A stretch of DNA of 64,000 nt from Alphaproteobacteria bacterium. GTDB lineage: Bacteria > Pseudomonadota > Alphaproteobacteria > RF32 > CAG-239. Under the pieces are notes generated by a model. The model did no database searches. It saw only the letters and a program-made list of their open reading frames with translations, and had not been told where the DNA came from. Below, piece after piece: positions 1-9,341 of this stretch; position 1 is the first letter of the stretch; each line of letters begins with the position of its first letter. The translations under genes were made by a program, and so were the position numbers. The stretch covers positions 8,247 through 72,246 of the forward strand of contig JAFYXH010000001.1 in assembly GCA_017546315.1 (NCBI GenBank). The letters are read 5' to 3'.

Positions 1-2732
1 TTGAACTAGAACAAAGAAAAGCTATTGAAGGGTTTGATGAAACTGTTATTAGCAGCCTAAAGAGTGGTAAGAGCTCTTTTGATGAAGTTAAAGGACAATA
101 TGAAATCAAAAATGGAATTATCGTATCTGATAATATAATTTGGTCTTCACCTGTTGTTAATATGAATATGGTGTTGGATGCAAATTTAAGTAACTGGAAG
201 TTTAACTCTGACGTTAATGCCTTTTACAAAAATGCTTCATTTTCTGATGTCTTGAAATTTAGCTTTGGTGGAGATTTATCTAATCCTGATGTAAAAGTTG
301 ATTTAAGCGAAAGCATTGCTAGAATAAATGAAGTAGAAAAACTTATTGTTCAAGCTGAGAAAAATAAAGAAAAAGAAAAGACTTTATTATTAAAGGGAAA
401 AATTGATACTCTACAAAACGATATTAAAGTTGCTCTTCAGGATATAAATCGTATGTCTTTTGATGTTGTTCGCTTTAAGCCTATTACACAAAATTCAAAT
501 GTTAAGAAAGTTTATGATACCAATATCAAGGAACTTAAAGTTATTGAAAATAAACTAAAAGAACTTAAGCAAGAAATTAGCAATGCTAGTGATGAAAAAG
601 TTTTGATGGATTTGGAAGCTAAGCTAGCAAAAGAAATATCAAGGTTTAAGTATATTCCAAAAACATTGGAAGAAAACTATGTTGTTGATAGTAAATATCT
701 ATTTGATGATACTTTCAATAAGATTTCTTGGTTGTTCAATTTAGCTCAAAATAATAGTTCTTACTATAATAGCTTAACAGAAATTTATATGACACAGATT
801 GATATTCTATCTAATACAGAAACTCCTGTTAGCAAAGAAAAAGTAGAACAAATTGATACTGATATGAAAAACATAGCTAAAGAAGTTGATAGAATTAGCA
901 AACTTCATGCAAAAATTCGTGATAATTATCTAAACATCATTGATTCTACTAGCGTTTCTGCAATGAAGGAAAACAATGAACTTGCTGAACAAGCTTTGAA
1001 TACTATGCATGCATACGTTATACAGTTAAATAGTAGCCTAATTAACAGTATGGATGTATTTAGAGGAGCTTTGGGTATAAATGCGCGTGACTATGATTTG
1101 TATATGGTTCATCCTCCAAGAAATGTTGAAGATATAGATATATCAAAACCAACAACTAATGTTACGGGTAAAGAAAAAGTGGTTGCCTCAAAAGCTGATG
1201 AAACTTCAAAAGAAGATAGCAAAGATCTTTCTCAATCAAAAAAAAAAGATAAACTAACTTCTTCTTTTGAAGAATTTGGCAAAAGTATTTCTTCGCTTGT
1301 AAGTAGTTTTACAGCTCAAAAAAATTCATCTAAGATTTCTGATTTAGAGTTTAGTGGATTATCTAAAGCATTGTCACTAAAACCAACAATCTTAGAAAAT
1401 AAAGAAGATAACAAAGATGCTATAAAAGTTGCAAGTTTAACTACTTCTAACGATAAAGATACTTCTAAAGATGCTAAAGAAGAGGCTATTGAAACAAAAA
1501 ATCAAGCAAATGAGAATGCAAGCTTAAAGGCTAGCAATGATAAAGAAGATAATGGTAAAAAACAAATAATCGCTGAAACAAATGTTGATTTGTTAAAAGA
1601 TAAAGTTGAGCTCAATGAAAGTCTTGATGAAAAGCTAAAAATAGCAAATAGCAATATTGAAAACATTATGACTGCGCAAAAAAAGATGAATGCAGAAATG
1701 AAAAAAAATGCTGATGCTATCAAAAATTTGAAAAATTCTATGGAATTTGCTGAATTACAAAATATATCAACAAGTATTGAGAACTTAACTGAAAATCTAA
1801 AACAACATGTCAAGACTGAAAAAAATGAATTAGTCAATAATAATGAAAAGGCAGTAGATGATAAAAACATTGCCATAGCGAAATTAGATATTGAAGAAAG
1901 TTTACCTGTTAAAAATTTAAAATCAAAAGAAACCGATAGCATTAAGAGTGGAGATGATAATAAATCTAAAGTTTCTAAAGAAATCAACCAGAACTCACAA
2001 CCAATACTTGCCACAACTCTTTTTAATAAAACAAAAAATGCAATTTCAAATTTAATGTCAAAAATAACAGAACCAACAAAAAGCAAAGTTGAGAATCTGA
2101 AAGATTTACCTACCAACAACCAAAAGGAAGAAACAATTGCTAAAGATAATGAAATTATAGCAATTGAAGAAAATAAAGAAGACACAGAAATTATCATTGC
2201 AGAAGAGAATATTACAAATGAGTTAGAACAAACTCCATCTAGTTTGAAAATTAATCCTGTTATTGCCTTAAACATTGGTAAAACAGATACAGCTATGGCT
2301 GAGGAACATATTGCTTTAGCAATTCAAAAGAAGAAAGGGTTTAAAACTCAAAATACAAAAACAGAAGTACCTAATAAGACTTATTTAACTTCTAAAACGA
2401 ATAGAGCTCCTTTAGATAAAGAAAGTATCGAAGGTATTTTTATAGCTACTAATGATAATATCACAAATGATGGTGTTGATGATACGTCTTTTGCTGTTCT
2501 TTCTTTTGAAGAAGAAAATGACAACATTACTCAAATTGAAAAAAAATACATCATTGCTAATAATAATGTGAAAAAAGAATTTAGAGGAGATTTGGGTAAA
2601 ACTGCACTAAGAAATGATAATATTGTGCAAGATAATATTAAGGAAAGTAATTATTTATTTTTTACTACACAACCTAATAAACCTACTTTGGCAGGAAAAA
2701 TTGGCAAGAAATTTGCTTTATCTGTGAAATAA
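1..2732 (+). CDS. AsmA-family protein C-terminal region with a long low-complexity tail (5'-truncated by the window edge)
   Basis: Frame 3 is open from the window edge to the ATG at 162, so the gene starts upstream. The first ~95 aa (..FDEVKGQYEIKNGIIVSDNIIWSSPVVNMNMVLDANLSNW..FSFGGDLSNPDVKVDL) fit the conserved C-terminal pattern of AsmA/TamB-like proteins. The remaining ~760 aa are K/E/N/S/D-rich, coiled-coil-like low complexity. Confidence 0.55.
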   Translation, partial: ELEQRKAIEGFDETVISSLKSGKSSFDEVKGQYEIKNGIIVSDNIIWSSPVVNMNMVLDANLSNWKFNSDVNAFYKNASFSDVLKFSFGGDLSNPDVKVDLSESIARINEVEKLIVQAEKNKEKEKTLLLKGKIDTLQNDIKVALQDINRMSFDVVRFKPITQNSNVKKVYDTNIKELKVIENKLKELKQEISNASDEKVLMDLEAKLAKEISRFKYIPKTLEENYVVDSKYLFDDTFNKISWLFNLAQNNSSYYNSLTEIYMTQIDILSNTETPVSKEKVEQIDTDMKNIAKEVDRISKLHAKIRDNYLNIIDSTSVSAMKENNELAEQALNTMHAYVIQLNSSLINSMDVFRGALGINARDYDLYMVHPPRNVEDIDISKPTTNVTGKEKVVASKADETSKEDSKDLSQSKKKDKLTSSFEEFGKSISSLVSSFTAQKNSSKISDLEFSGLSKALSLKPTILENKEDNKDAIKVASLTTSNDKDTSKDAKEEAIETKNQANENASLKASNDKEDNGKKQIIAETNVDLLKDKVELNESLDEKLKIANSNIENIMTAQKKMNAEMKKNADAIKNLKNSMEFAELQNISTSIENLTENLKQHVKTEKNELVNNNEKAVDDKNIAIAKLDIEESLPVKNLKSKETDSIKSGDDNKSKVSKEINQNSQPILATTLFNKTKNAISNLMSKITEPTKSKVENLKDLPTNNQKEETIAKDNEIIAIEENKEDTEIIIAEENITNELEQTPSSLKINPVIALNIGKTDTAMAEEHIALAIQKKKGFKTQNTKTEVPNKTYLTSKTNRAPLDKESIEGIFIATNDNITNDGVDDTSFAVLSFEEENDNITQIEKKYIIANNNVKKEFRGDLGKTALRNDNIVQDNIKESNYLFFTTQPNKPTLAGKIGKKFALSVK

Positions 2733-2803
2733 TTGGTTTTTAAGTTTGATAAAAATATAATAATAAAATATTTTTCTCTTTATAGATATAAGGAGAATCA
2801 GAT

Positions 2804-3697
2804 ATGTTTAATAAACCTAAAGTAGCCGTTTTACCTGTTGCTGGCCTTTCAACAAGAAACTTGCCTGCAACAAAAGCTATGCACAAAGGTTTTTTATGTT
2901 TAAATAATTTACCTATTATTCAGTATGCAGTTGATGCTTGTGTTGAAGCACAAATAGAAGAGATTATCTTTGTTTATAGTAATGAAGGTAGTAAGGATAT
3001 GTACGAGAAGTATTTTTCTTGTAATCACTCTTTAGAGAATAAGCTAGCCCAAAGTAATCAACTTGCACTATTGGAAACATTAAAGAAAACAACACCTCAT
3101 AATGTTAAATTCTCATTTGCAAAACAAGAAGAACCTAAAGGGAATGGGCATGCTGTATTGTGCGCAAAAGATATTATTGGCAAGCGTGATTTTGTGGTGA
3201 TGTGGGTTGATGATGTGTATATTTGCGAAGGCAAAGGTATCTTATCACAATTAGCTGATGTTTATGAACAATTTGGAGGCATTGTTGAAAATATAATCCA
3301 ATTTCCTAAAGAACAACTTTCTAGATATGGTGTACTTAAAGGAGTTAGTGGTGAAGGAGATATTATAAAAGCAAGTGGTGTTATTGAAAAACCTAAAGCT
3401 GAAGAAATCGAATCTGATTATGCAAGTATGGGACCATATATTTTACCTAATTCCATATTAGATGTATTGCCAAAGGTATCTAAAGGGAATAATGGCGAAA
3501 TAAATCTTACTGATGCTTTGAATTTGGCTACTCTTAATGGATGTGAATTAAGAGGCGTTTTAACAAATTCTACACGGTATGATTGCGGAACCAATGAAGA
3601 GCTTGCCAAATCTAATATAAGACTCTCCATTTCTAAAAATAAGGAACTTTATGAAGAGGCTTTGCAGACTATTAAATCTCTTGAAAACAAAATTTAG
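2804..3697 (+). CDS. galU: UTP--glucose-1-phosphate uridylyltransferase (GalU-like, diverged)
   Basis: N-terminal KVAVLPVAGLSTRNLPATKAMHKGFL matches the GalU motif G-L-G-T-R-x-L-P-A-T-K. KGNGHAV and MGPYIL also fit the family. GGAGA RBS lies upstream. Confidence 0.75.
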   Translation: MFNKPKVAVLPVAGLSTRNLPATKAMHKGFLCLNNLPIIQYAVDACVEAQIEEIIFVYSNEGSKDMYEKYFSCNHSLENKLAQSNQLALLETLKKTTPHNVKFSFAKQEEPKGNGHAVLCAKDIIGKRDFVVMWVDDVYICEGKGILSQLADVYEQFGGIVENIIQFPKEQLSRYGVLKGVSGEGDIIKASGVIEKPKAEEIESDYASMGPYILPNSILDVLPKVSKGNNGEINLTDALNLATLNGCELRGVLTNSTRYDCGTNEELAKSNIRLSISKNKELYEEALQTIKSLENKI

Positions 3698-3722
3698 AAT
3701 AAACGGCTATTGGTGAAGAAAA

Positions 3723-4955
3723 ATGATGAATATCATTTGGGGTGGGATGTTTTTGGTAGCTATTATTACAGCTATCTTTAAGTTGATATTTTTTCAGGAT
3801 TTAAAAATTTTCGGTTTATTGACTAATGCTATTTTTCAAAATGCAAAAATTAGCGTTGATATTTCTTTAGGACTTATTGGGATACTTTGTTTTTGGCTTG
3901 GTATTTTAGAACTTGTTGAAAAAAACGGAATTGCACAGAAAATCTCACATAAGCTATATCCTTTTTTTAAGGTTATCATGAAAGATATACCCAAAGATAG
4001 CCCAGCTATTTCTTCTATTGTGCTTAACATGTCGGCTAACTTTTTAGGATTAGACAATGCTGCTACCCCAATTGGAATAAGAGCAATGGAGCAACTACAA
4101 GAGCACAACAAAGATAAAACCCAAGCAAGTGATGCGCAAATTCTTTTTATGTTAATAAATTCTTCTTCTGTTTGTTTTATACCCATTACTATTTTTATGT
4201 ATAGAGCTCAAATGGGAGCTATTTTTCCAACTGATGTTTTTATCCCTATTTTACTTGCAACCTCAATATCTACATTGGTTGCATTCTTATCAATTGCTGT
4301 AAAACAACATATTGATTTAACCAATGTCATTATAAGAAAAATGCTATTTTACTTTATTTTGTTTATTATGGTTATATGTTGTGGATTTAGCTTAATAAAT
4401 CATGAGAACAGATTAGTAATATCTTCTTTTTTAGGAAACGTTATTCTTATTTTGGCAATAGGATATATAATATATGTATCTATCAAATCTAAAATTAAGT
4501 GTTATGATGTTTTTATTGATGGAGCAAAAAATGGCTTTAATGTTGCAATAAAAATTATTCCATACCTTGTTTCGATGCTTGTTGCAATTGGTGTATTTAG
4601 GGCATCTGGTTTTCTTGATTTTGTTTTACAATGCTTTAGAGAATTATGTGAAATTTATAGTATTGATAATACCTTTGTTGATGTTTTACCGACAGCTTTT
4701 ATCAAACCATTATCAGGAAGTGGCGCAAGAGCTATGATGATAGAAACAATGAATAATTTTGGAGCAAATAGCTTACAAGGTTTTATGGCTTCTGTTATCC
4801 AAGGATCTACTGAAACCACTTTTTATGTAATAGCAGTATATTTTGGTGCTGTAAAAATTTCTAATACTAGATATGCTCTAAAATATGGGCTATGGGCTGA
4901 TTTGGCTGGAATAATCAGTGCAATAATTATTTCATATTTGTTTTATGGAAATTAG
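3723..4955 (+). CDS. Nucleoside-recognition (Gate) domain membrane protein, fused SpmA/SpmB-like
   Basis: Polytopic 410-aa protein. The N-terminus MMNIIWGGMFLVAIITAIF is typical of SpmA-like proteins and the length fits a SpmA+SpmB fusion. Confidence 0.55.
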   Translation: MMNIIWGGMFLVAIITAIFKLIFFQDLKIFGLLTNAIFQNAKISVDISLGLIGILCFWLGILELVEKNGIAQKISHKLYPFFKVIMKDIPKDSPAISSIVLNMSANFLGLDNAATPIGIRAMEQLQEHNKDKTQASDAQILFMLINSSSVCFIPITIFMYRAQMGAIFPTDVFIPILLATSISTLVAFLSIAVKQHIDLTNVIIRKMLFYFILFIMVICCGFSLINHENRLVISSFLGNVILILAIGYIIYVSIKSKIKCYDVFIDGAKNGFNVAIKIIPYLVSMLVAIGVFRASGFLDFVLQCFRELCEIYSIDNTFVDVLPTAFIKPLSGSGARAMMIETMNNFGANSLQGFMASVIQGSTETTFYVIAVYFGAVKISNTRYALKYGLWADLAGIISAIIISYLFYGN

Positions 4956-4964
4956 GAGAAAAAA

Positions 4965-5402
4965 ATGAAGCTTTTGATACAAAGAGTGATAAATGCAAGC
5001 GTTGAAGTAAATAATGAAATTGTTGGTAAAATTGGGAAAGGTTTGCTTGTATTTTTGGGTGTAGAAAAAGGAGATGACTTCGAAAAAGCAAACTTTTTAG
5101 CTGCAAAATTGGTTAATTTGCGTATATTTGAAGATGAAAATGAAAAGATGAATCTAAGTGTTTCTGATATTAAAGGAGAAATTTTAGTTATATCTCAATT
5201 CACTCTTGCAGCAGATACTTCAAGAGGAAACAGACCTGGATTTTCAAACGCTGAAACACCTGACAAAGCAAATGAAGTATATTGTTATTTCAACTCTTTA
5301 TTAAAAGAAAAAGGATTTAATGTTCAAAATGGAATTTTTCAGGCTGATATGAAAGTTAGCCTTATAAATGATGGGCCCGCTACTTTTTTACTTAATAAAT
5401 AA
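4965..5402 (+). CDS. dtd: D-aminoacyl-tRNA deacylase
   Basis: 145 aa. MKLLIQRV...[10 protein letters not shown]...[18 protein letters not shown]...GPATFLL is the canonical Dtd pattern. Confidence 0.92.
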   Translation: MKLLIQRVINASVEVNNEIVGKIGKGLLVFLGVEKGDDFEKANFLAAKLVNLRIFEDENEKMNLSVSDIKGEILVISQFTLAADTSRGNRPGFSNAETPDKANEVYCYFNSLLKEKGFNVQNGIFQADMKVSLINDGPATFLLNK

Positions 5403-6257
5403 TTAGTTTGCAAATAAGATATTTAGTTGATTACTTAATGAGCTTATCGCTTCTCGTAGCAATTTTGTTAAGAGCTTTTGAGCTATTTTTTGTTTGTCTT
5501 CGTCATTTTTTATGACTATGTATCTACTTTTAGTATCGTTTGCAATTATTTGACCATCTTTTGCTTTAATCTCGACTAAAACAGACATACTATAACGACT
5601 ATGATTTTCATCTATTGTGTCAAGATTTGATTGGCTTAATTTAGGAACAATATAATAGTCTGCAAGCTCCTTATCCTCTGTTATTAGGATACGTGGCATA
5701 AAATTTAATTGCTCAGATATTTTTTGAGTATAATCATTTGTTGTTTTTTTAGTATAAAATTCAAGAGGAAAAATAAAAAATAATGGAATACTATCTTTAG
5801 CTTCATAAATAGATTTAGGGAGAGAATTATTTACTTCTTTTGCAATCTCTTTTACTTTTTCATCTGATATTTGCGGATGTATATAATTTTTTAGTATTTC
5901 GTCTGTTTTTTTCTTATCTAGACTTGCTTTTAGCTCTAGACATACTTTCTTTGCAGTATCATGGGTTGTTGATATTACAAGATTATTTATCGCCCTATCA
6001 GCTATTTTATATGATAACAAATCATAGTCGTAATCGTTTATTTTTAATTTTTTGGCTTTTATGTATTCTGAAGATTTAATTGCTAAAAGAGTTGCTTTGT
6101 CATAAGCTTTAATGCGAGCATCTGCTTTATTTTGATGCCCTTCAACCATTTCACAAACTTTTGAATGCAAAGATAAAGAAAAGCTGTCTGCTTTTACAAT
6201 TGATGATAAAATCATCATAATCAAAAAAACAGACAGCTTTAATGTATTTTGTTTCAT
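5403..6257 (-). CDS. Hypothetical secreted protein
   Basis: Sec-type signal peptide (MKQNTLKLSVFLIMMILSSIVKADS). I recognise no family. Confidence 0.55.
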   Translation of the reverse strand: MKQNTLKLSVFLIMMILSSIVKADSFSLSLHSKVCEMVEGHQNKADARIKAYDKATLLAIKSSEYIKAKKLKINDYDYDLLSYKIADRAINNLVISTTHDTAKKVCLELKASLDKKKTDEILKNYIHPQISDEKVKEIAKEVNNSLPKSIYEAKDSIPLFFIFPLEFYTKKTTNDYTQKISEQLNFMPRILITEDKELADYYIVPKLSQSNLDTIDENHSRYSMSVLVEIKAKDGQIIANDTKSRYIVIKNDEDKQKIAQKLLTKLLREAISSLSNQLNILFAN

Positions 6258-6267
6258 GATATTGAAA

Positions 6268-7251
6268 TTATTCCTTAACTTGTCTTATAATTTCAATCCA
6301 TTCATCAATTTTTTTACCAGCCTTATCCAATAATGATAATTTATATTGGATTGCAGGTGTTGCATTAGATGTTGCAATATACCATTCTGCAGATGGTTCA
6401 ATTACAAACTCTGCATTGTTAATATTGTTTACAACATCAAATGTTTGTGAGCCTGAAATAATATCTTTTGTTGCTCCTTTTAGACGATGACTACCATATG
6501 GCAAATCAGAACTTAACAACTTGATATCTTTGATATACACTCTTTTGGTTCCATTTTCATAAAGAGTTGCAGTGTCTTGCAACATACGGTTTGTTGCACG
6601 TGTTGCCACAACAATATATGCTTCTGGAGAATAATTTGTTGTTGTACCTTGTGATACATTAGCTGTTTTTGCTTTCATTTCAACAACGTCAGCACGATAA
6701 GGTGTCTTTTCAACAGTTACTTCTACATATTCATTTTGAGCTTCTTTAACTTTAGGTTGCTCCAAAGTTATTTTTTCAACAACAATATCACTAAAAGGTT
6801 CGCTACCTTGAACAATTTTTACAGCAGGCACCTCAGGAGCTGAAAACTGTCCGTCATCTGCTATAATTTCTTCATGAACGGTAACTACAGGTTCACAAAC
6901 ATCCTTACCGCATGGCTCTTCATATGTTGTAGTTGTGGTAATAATTTTCTTAGTTTTTGTCACTTTTGGTTCAGCTTGCACAACTTGGCCACATCCACAA
7001 GGTTGGTAGCAAGTTGGTTGATAACAAGGTTGAGGTTGAACCTCAGCACATGGACAATCATAAACAGGTTGTGGCGCTTGAACATATACAGGTGCAGGTT
7101 CCACAACAACATTATCTTCAACAACTATTGGAGCTGGCTCGATATATACTGTTTCTTCAAAACTAACATTATCTACCTCTTCCCATTGATTCTCGTTGCA
7201 TGAACAAGCGACCAATAGAGAACAAGTAATCGCAGTTAAAACTTTTTTCAT
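6268..7251 (-). CDS. Hypothetical lipoprotein with a Pro/Gln/Cys-rich linker
   Basis: Lipobox LLVAC at Cys16. The Pro/Val/Gln-rich stretch carries 6 Cys in 22 aa (DCPCAEVQPQPCYQPTCYQPCGCG). The C-terminal globular part is not confidently assignable. Confidence 0.6.
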   Translation of the reverse strand: MKKVLTAITCSLLVACSCNENQWEEVDNVSFEETVYIEPAPIVVEDNVVVEPAPVYVQAPQPVYDCPCAEVQPQPCYQPTCYQPCGCGQVVQAEPKVTKTKKIITTTTTYEEPCGKDVCEPVVTVHEEIIADDGQFSAPEVPAVKIVQGSEPFSDIVVEKITLEQPKVKEAQNEYVEVTVEKTPYRADVVEMKAKTANVSQGTTTNYSPEAYIVVATRATNRMLQDTATLYENGTKRVYIKDIKLLSSDLPYGSHRLKGATKDIISGSQTFDVVNNINNAEFVIEPSAEWYIATSNATPAIQYKLSLLDKAGKKIDEWIEIIRQVKE

Positions 7252-7377
7252 GAAGTATCTCCTAACTAAATTTATTATATTTTACCTTATTTTTATTATA
7301 AAGCAATTAAAAAAATATTAAGTTTTTGATTTACTTTTCATTTTTTTATGCTACTGTTTTGTTAGGAGAAATTAAGT

Positions 7378-7818
7378 ATGACAATAACTTTTAGCGTAAT
7401 TTTATTTACTTTTTTAATTTTGTTTCAATCAATTAAGAAGAACGTTTTCTTTATACTCCATGCTTTTTTTATGATTGGTAGTGCTTATTTTTTAGAGACC
7501 TTTTATGGATGGAGAGTTGCTTTATTTTCTAAAAATGCTTTGCTTTTGTTTATATTGTTTCATTTGTGCTATATCAATGTATTTACCTTTTTAGCATACG
7601 GAAGAGACAAGAAGTTAGCAAAACTTGGAGAATGGAGAATTCCTGAAATGCACTTACATACTCTAGAATTTTTAGGAGGAGCAATTGGGGCTTTTGGGGG
7701 ACAGAAGTTCTTTAAACACAAAACTAAAAAGAAGTCATATATGGCAACTTTTTGGTTTATATTGTTAAGTCAGTTAGGTATTGTTTTTTATATACTAAGA
7801 TATTTCAAATTTCTATAA
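7378..7818 (+). CDS. DUF1294 domain membrane protein
   Basis: C-terminal GRDKKLAKLGEWRIPEMHLHTLEFLGGAIGAFGGQKFFKHKTKKKSY fits the DUF1294 signature (DK..A....WRIpE..L.....GG..G......HKT.K). Confidence 0.75.
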   Translation: MTITFSVILFTFLILFQSIKKNVFFILHAFFMIGSAYFLETFYGWRVALFSKNALLLFILFHLCYINVFTFLAYGRDKKLAKLGEWRIPEMHLHTLEFLGGAIGAFGGQKFFKHKTKKKSYMATFWFILLSQLGIVFYILRYFKFL

Positions 7819-7820
7819 TA

Positions 7821-8303
7821 TTACTGAAGCATGATATCTGCATATAATGCTTGTTCAGGAGAAACATTTTGACGCATAACAGCATTAAATATTGGGTAAA
7901 CCCTCTCTGTTTCCATTATTGATAAATCTATTATCTTACTGATTTTATCATAAAATAACTCTTCGCCATCTTGCAAAATGAGAGAATGTTTAAATATTGG
8001 CATTTTTTGCTCACTCCAATATGAAAAGTGCCCTAGCCATAAATTTTCATTCAACAACGCAAGCAACTCAAACATTTTACTGCGATCAACTGTTGATGTT
8101 TCAATGTTTAGTAGACAAGATATGTGAACACAATTAAGATGCTCTTCAAATGCAAAAAAAATTAGCATATTGTCCCATTTACCCAATATTTCTGCATTGA
8201 GTTCTTTATCATTTGGACGTCTAAAAGTTATATTATCTCGAACAAGAATACTTTCTATTGTATCGAGCGGATTATATAAATTCTCTTGTAGAGCTAAATT
8301 CAT
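7821..8303 (-). CDS. YbjN domain-containing protein
   Basis: NPLDTIESIL...GKWDNMLIFFAFEE...NENLWLGHFSYW...ERVYPIFNAV matches the alphaproteobacterial YbjN-family pattern. Confidence 0.7.
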   Translation of the reverse strand: MNLALQENLYNPLDTIESILVRDNITFRRPNDKELNAEILGKWDNMLIFFAFEEHLNCVHISCLLNIETSTVDRSKMFELLALLNENLWLGHFSYWSEQKMPIFKHSLILQDGEELFYDKISKIIDLSIMETERVYPIFNAVMRQNVSPEQALYADIMLQ

Positions 8304-8546
8304 TTGTGTAACACCTTAATATTTTTTTGTAGTGTTATTCTTGCAACAAGCAGTTATTATACTCAATAACAATATAAAGTTTTCCACTTTTTTAGCTTCT
8401 TAGTAACTTTTTTAATAATTTCAAACAGTGTTTTTTCAACACGTTAGCAATAAAATAAAAAAAACAATTATTTTTTATGTGGATTATATTTTTTTATTAA
8501 TATAAATTTAAGCCATATCGTATTTTTTGTGAGGAGATTTTGTTTT

Positions 8547-9341
8547 ATGTATATTGATTTTCCTAATATTTCTCCGATTGCTTTTTCTATTGGAGGCTTT
8601 GGTTTGAGGTGGTATGCTTTAGCATATTTAACGGGGATTATTAGTGCTTGGTTTTTAACTAAAAAAAATATAAAAAAATATAATATAAATATATCAGATG
8701 CTCAGCTTGATGACTTAGTTTTTTATACCACTCTCGGGATTATTTTGGGTGGAAGATTAGGTTATGTTTTTTGCTATGGTAATGGATATTTTTTAAGAAA
8801 TCCTCTTGAAATATTGGCTATTTGGCATGGAGGAATGTCTTTCCATGGAGGAATCGTCGGAGTGATATTGGGACTTTTATATTTTTCATACATATACAAA
8901 TTTCCATTTTTAATGATTACAGACTTGGTTGCACTTTATACCCCTATTGGTATTTTTCTTGGTAGAATCGCAAATTTCATCAATGGAGAATTATGGGGAC
9001 GTGTAACTAATGTTCCTTGGGCGGTTAAATTTCCTGACGGAGGATATTTGCCGCGACATCCGTCTCAACTATATGAAGCTATGAGTGAAGGATGCCTTAT
9101 GCTTATAGTATTAACATATTTATGGCAAAAACCATTCATAAGACAACATCATGGCATTATATCTTCTGTATTTTTGATTATTTATACTTTATCAAGAATG
9201 TGTATGGAACTCTTTAGAGAACCAGATGCTCAAATTGGCTTTATTTTTGGAAACTTCACGATGGGACAACTTCTTTCTTTGCCATTTTTACTGCTCGGAT
9301 TATACATCCTAAATAACACGGTAAAAAAATCTCAGCACTAA
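8547..9341 (+). CDS. lgt: Prolipoprotein diacylglyceryl transferase
   Basis: MYIDFPNISPIAFSIGGFGLRWYALAYLTG, GGRLGYV, HGGMSFHGG and GRIANFINGELWGR are Lgt hallmarks. I prefer the ATG at 8547 (GAGGAG RBS at 8531-8536) over the GTG at 8529. The stop overlaps the stop of the convergent gene by a few nt. Confidence 0.93.
   Translation: MYIDFPNISPIAFSIGGFGLRWYALAYLTGIISAWFLTKKNIKKYNINISDAQLDDLVFYTTLGIILGGRLGYVFCYGNGYFLRNPLEILAIWHGGMSFHGGIVGVILGLLYFSYIYKFPFLMITDLVALYTPIGIFLGRIANFINGELWGRVTNVPWAVKFPDGGYLPRHPSQLYEAMSEGCLMLIVLTYLWQKPFIRQHHGIISSVFLIIYTLSRMCMELFREPDAQIGFIFGNFTMGQLLSLPFLLLGLYILNNTVKKSQH

Noticed and set aside
1238-1247. An A10 homopolymer inside the AsmA-like tail as a phase-variation switch.
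   Set aside because: Homopolymeric A/T runs of 8-10 nt are frequent throughout this AT-rich window, in both CDS and intergenic regions. Nothing distinguishes this one, although it is worth a glance in the read data.
1502-2275. A 257-aa ORF antisense to the AsmA-like tail. Similar antisense ORFs in the track include 13997..14599, 26067..26809, 22316..22717, 54174..54569, 51795..52172 and 34488..34877.
   Set aside because: All lie fully inside, and antisense to, CDSs with strong family signatures or long coherent ORFs. Their translations are low-complexity (F/S/L/I-rich), with no RBS and no recognisable motifs. They are typical shadow ORFs of AT-rich coding sequence.
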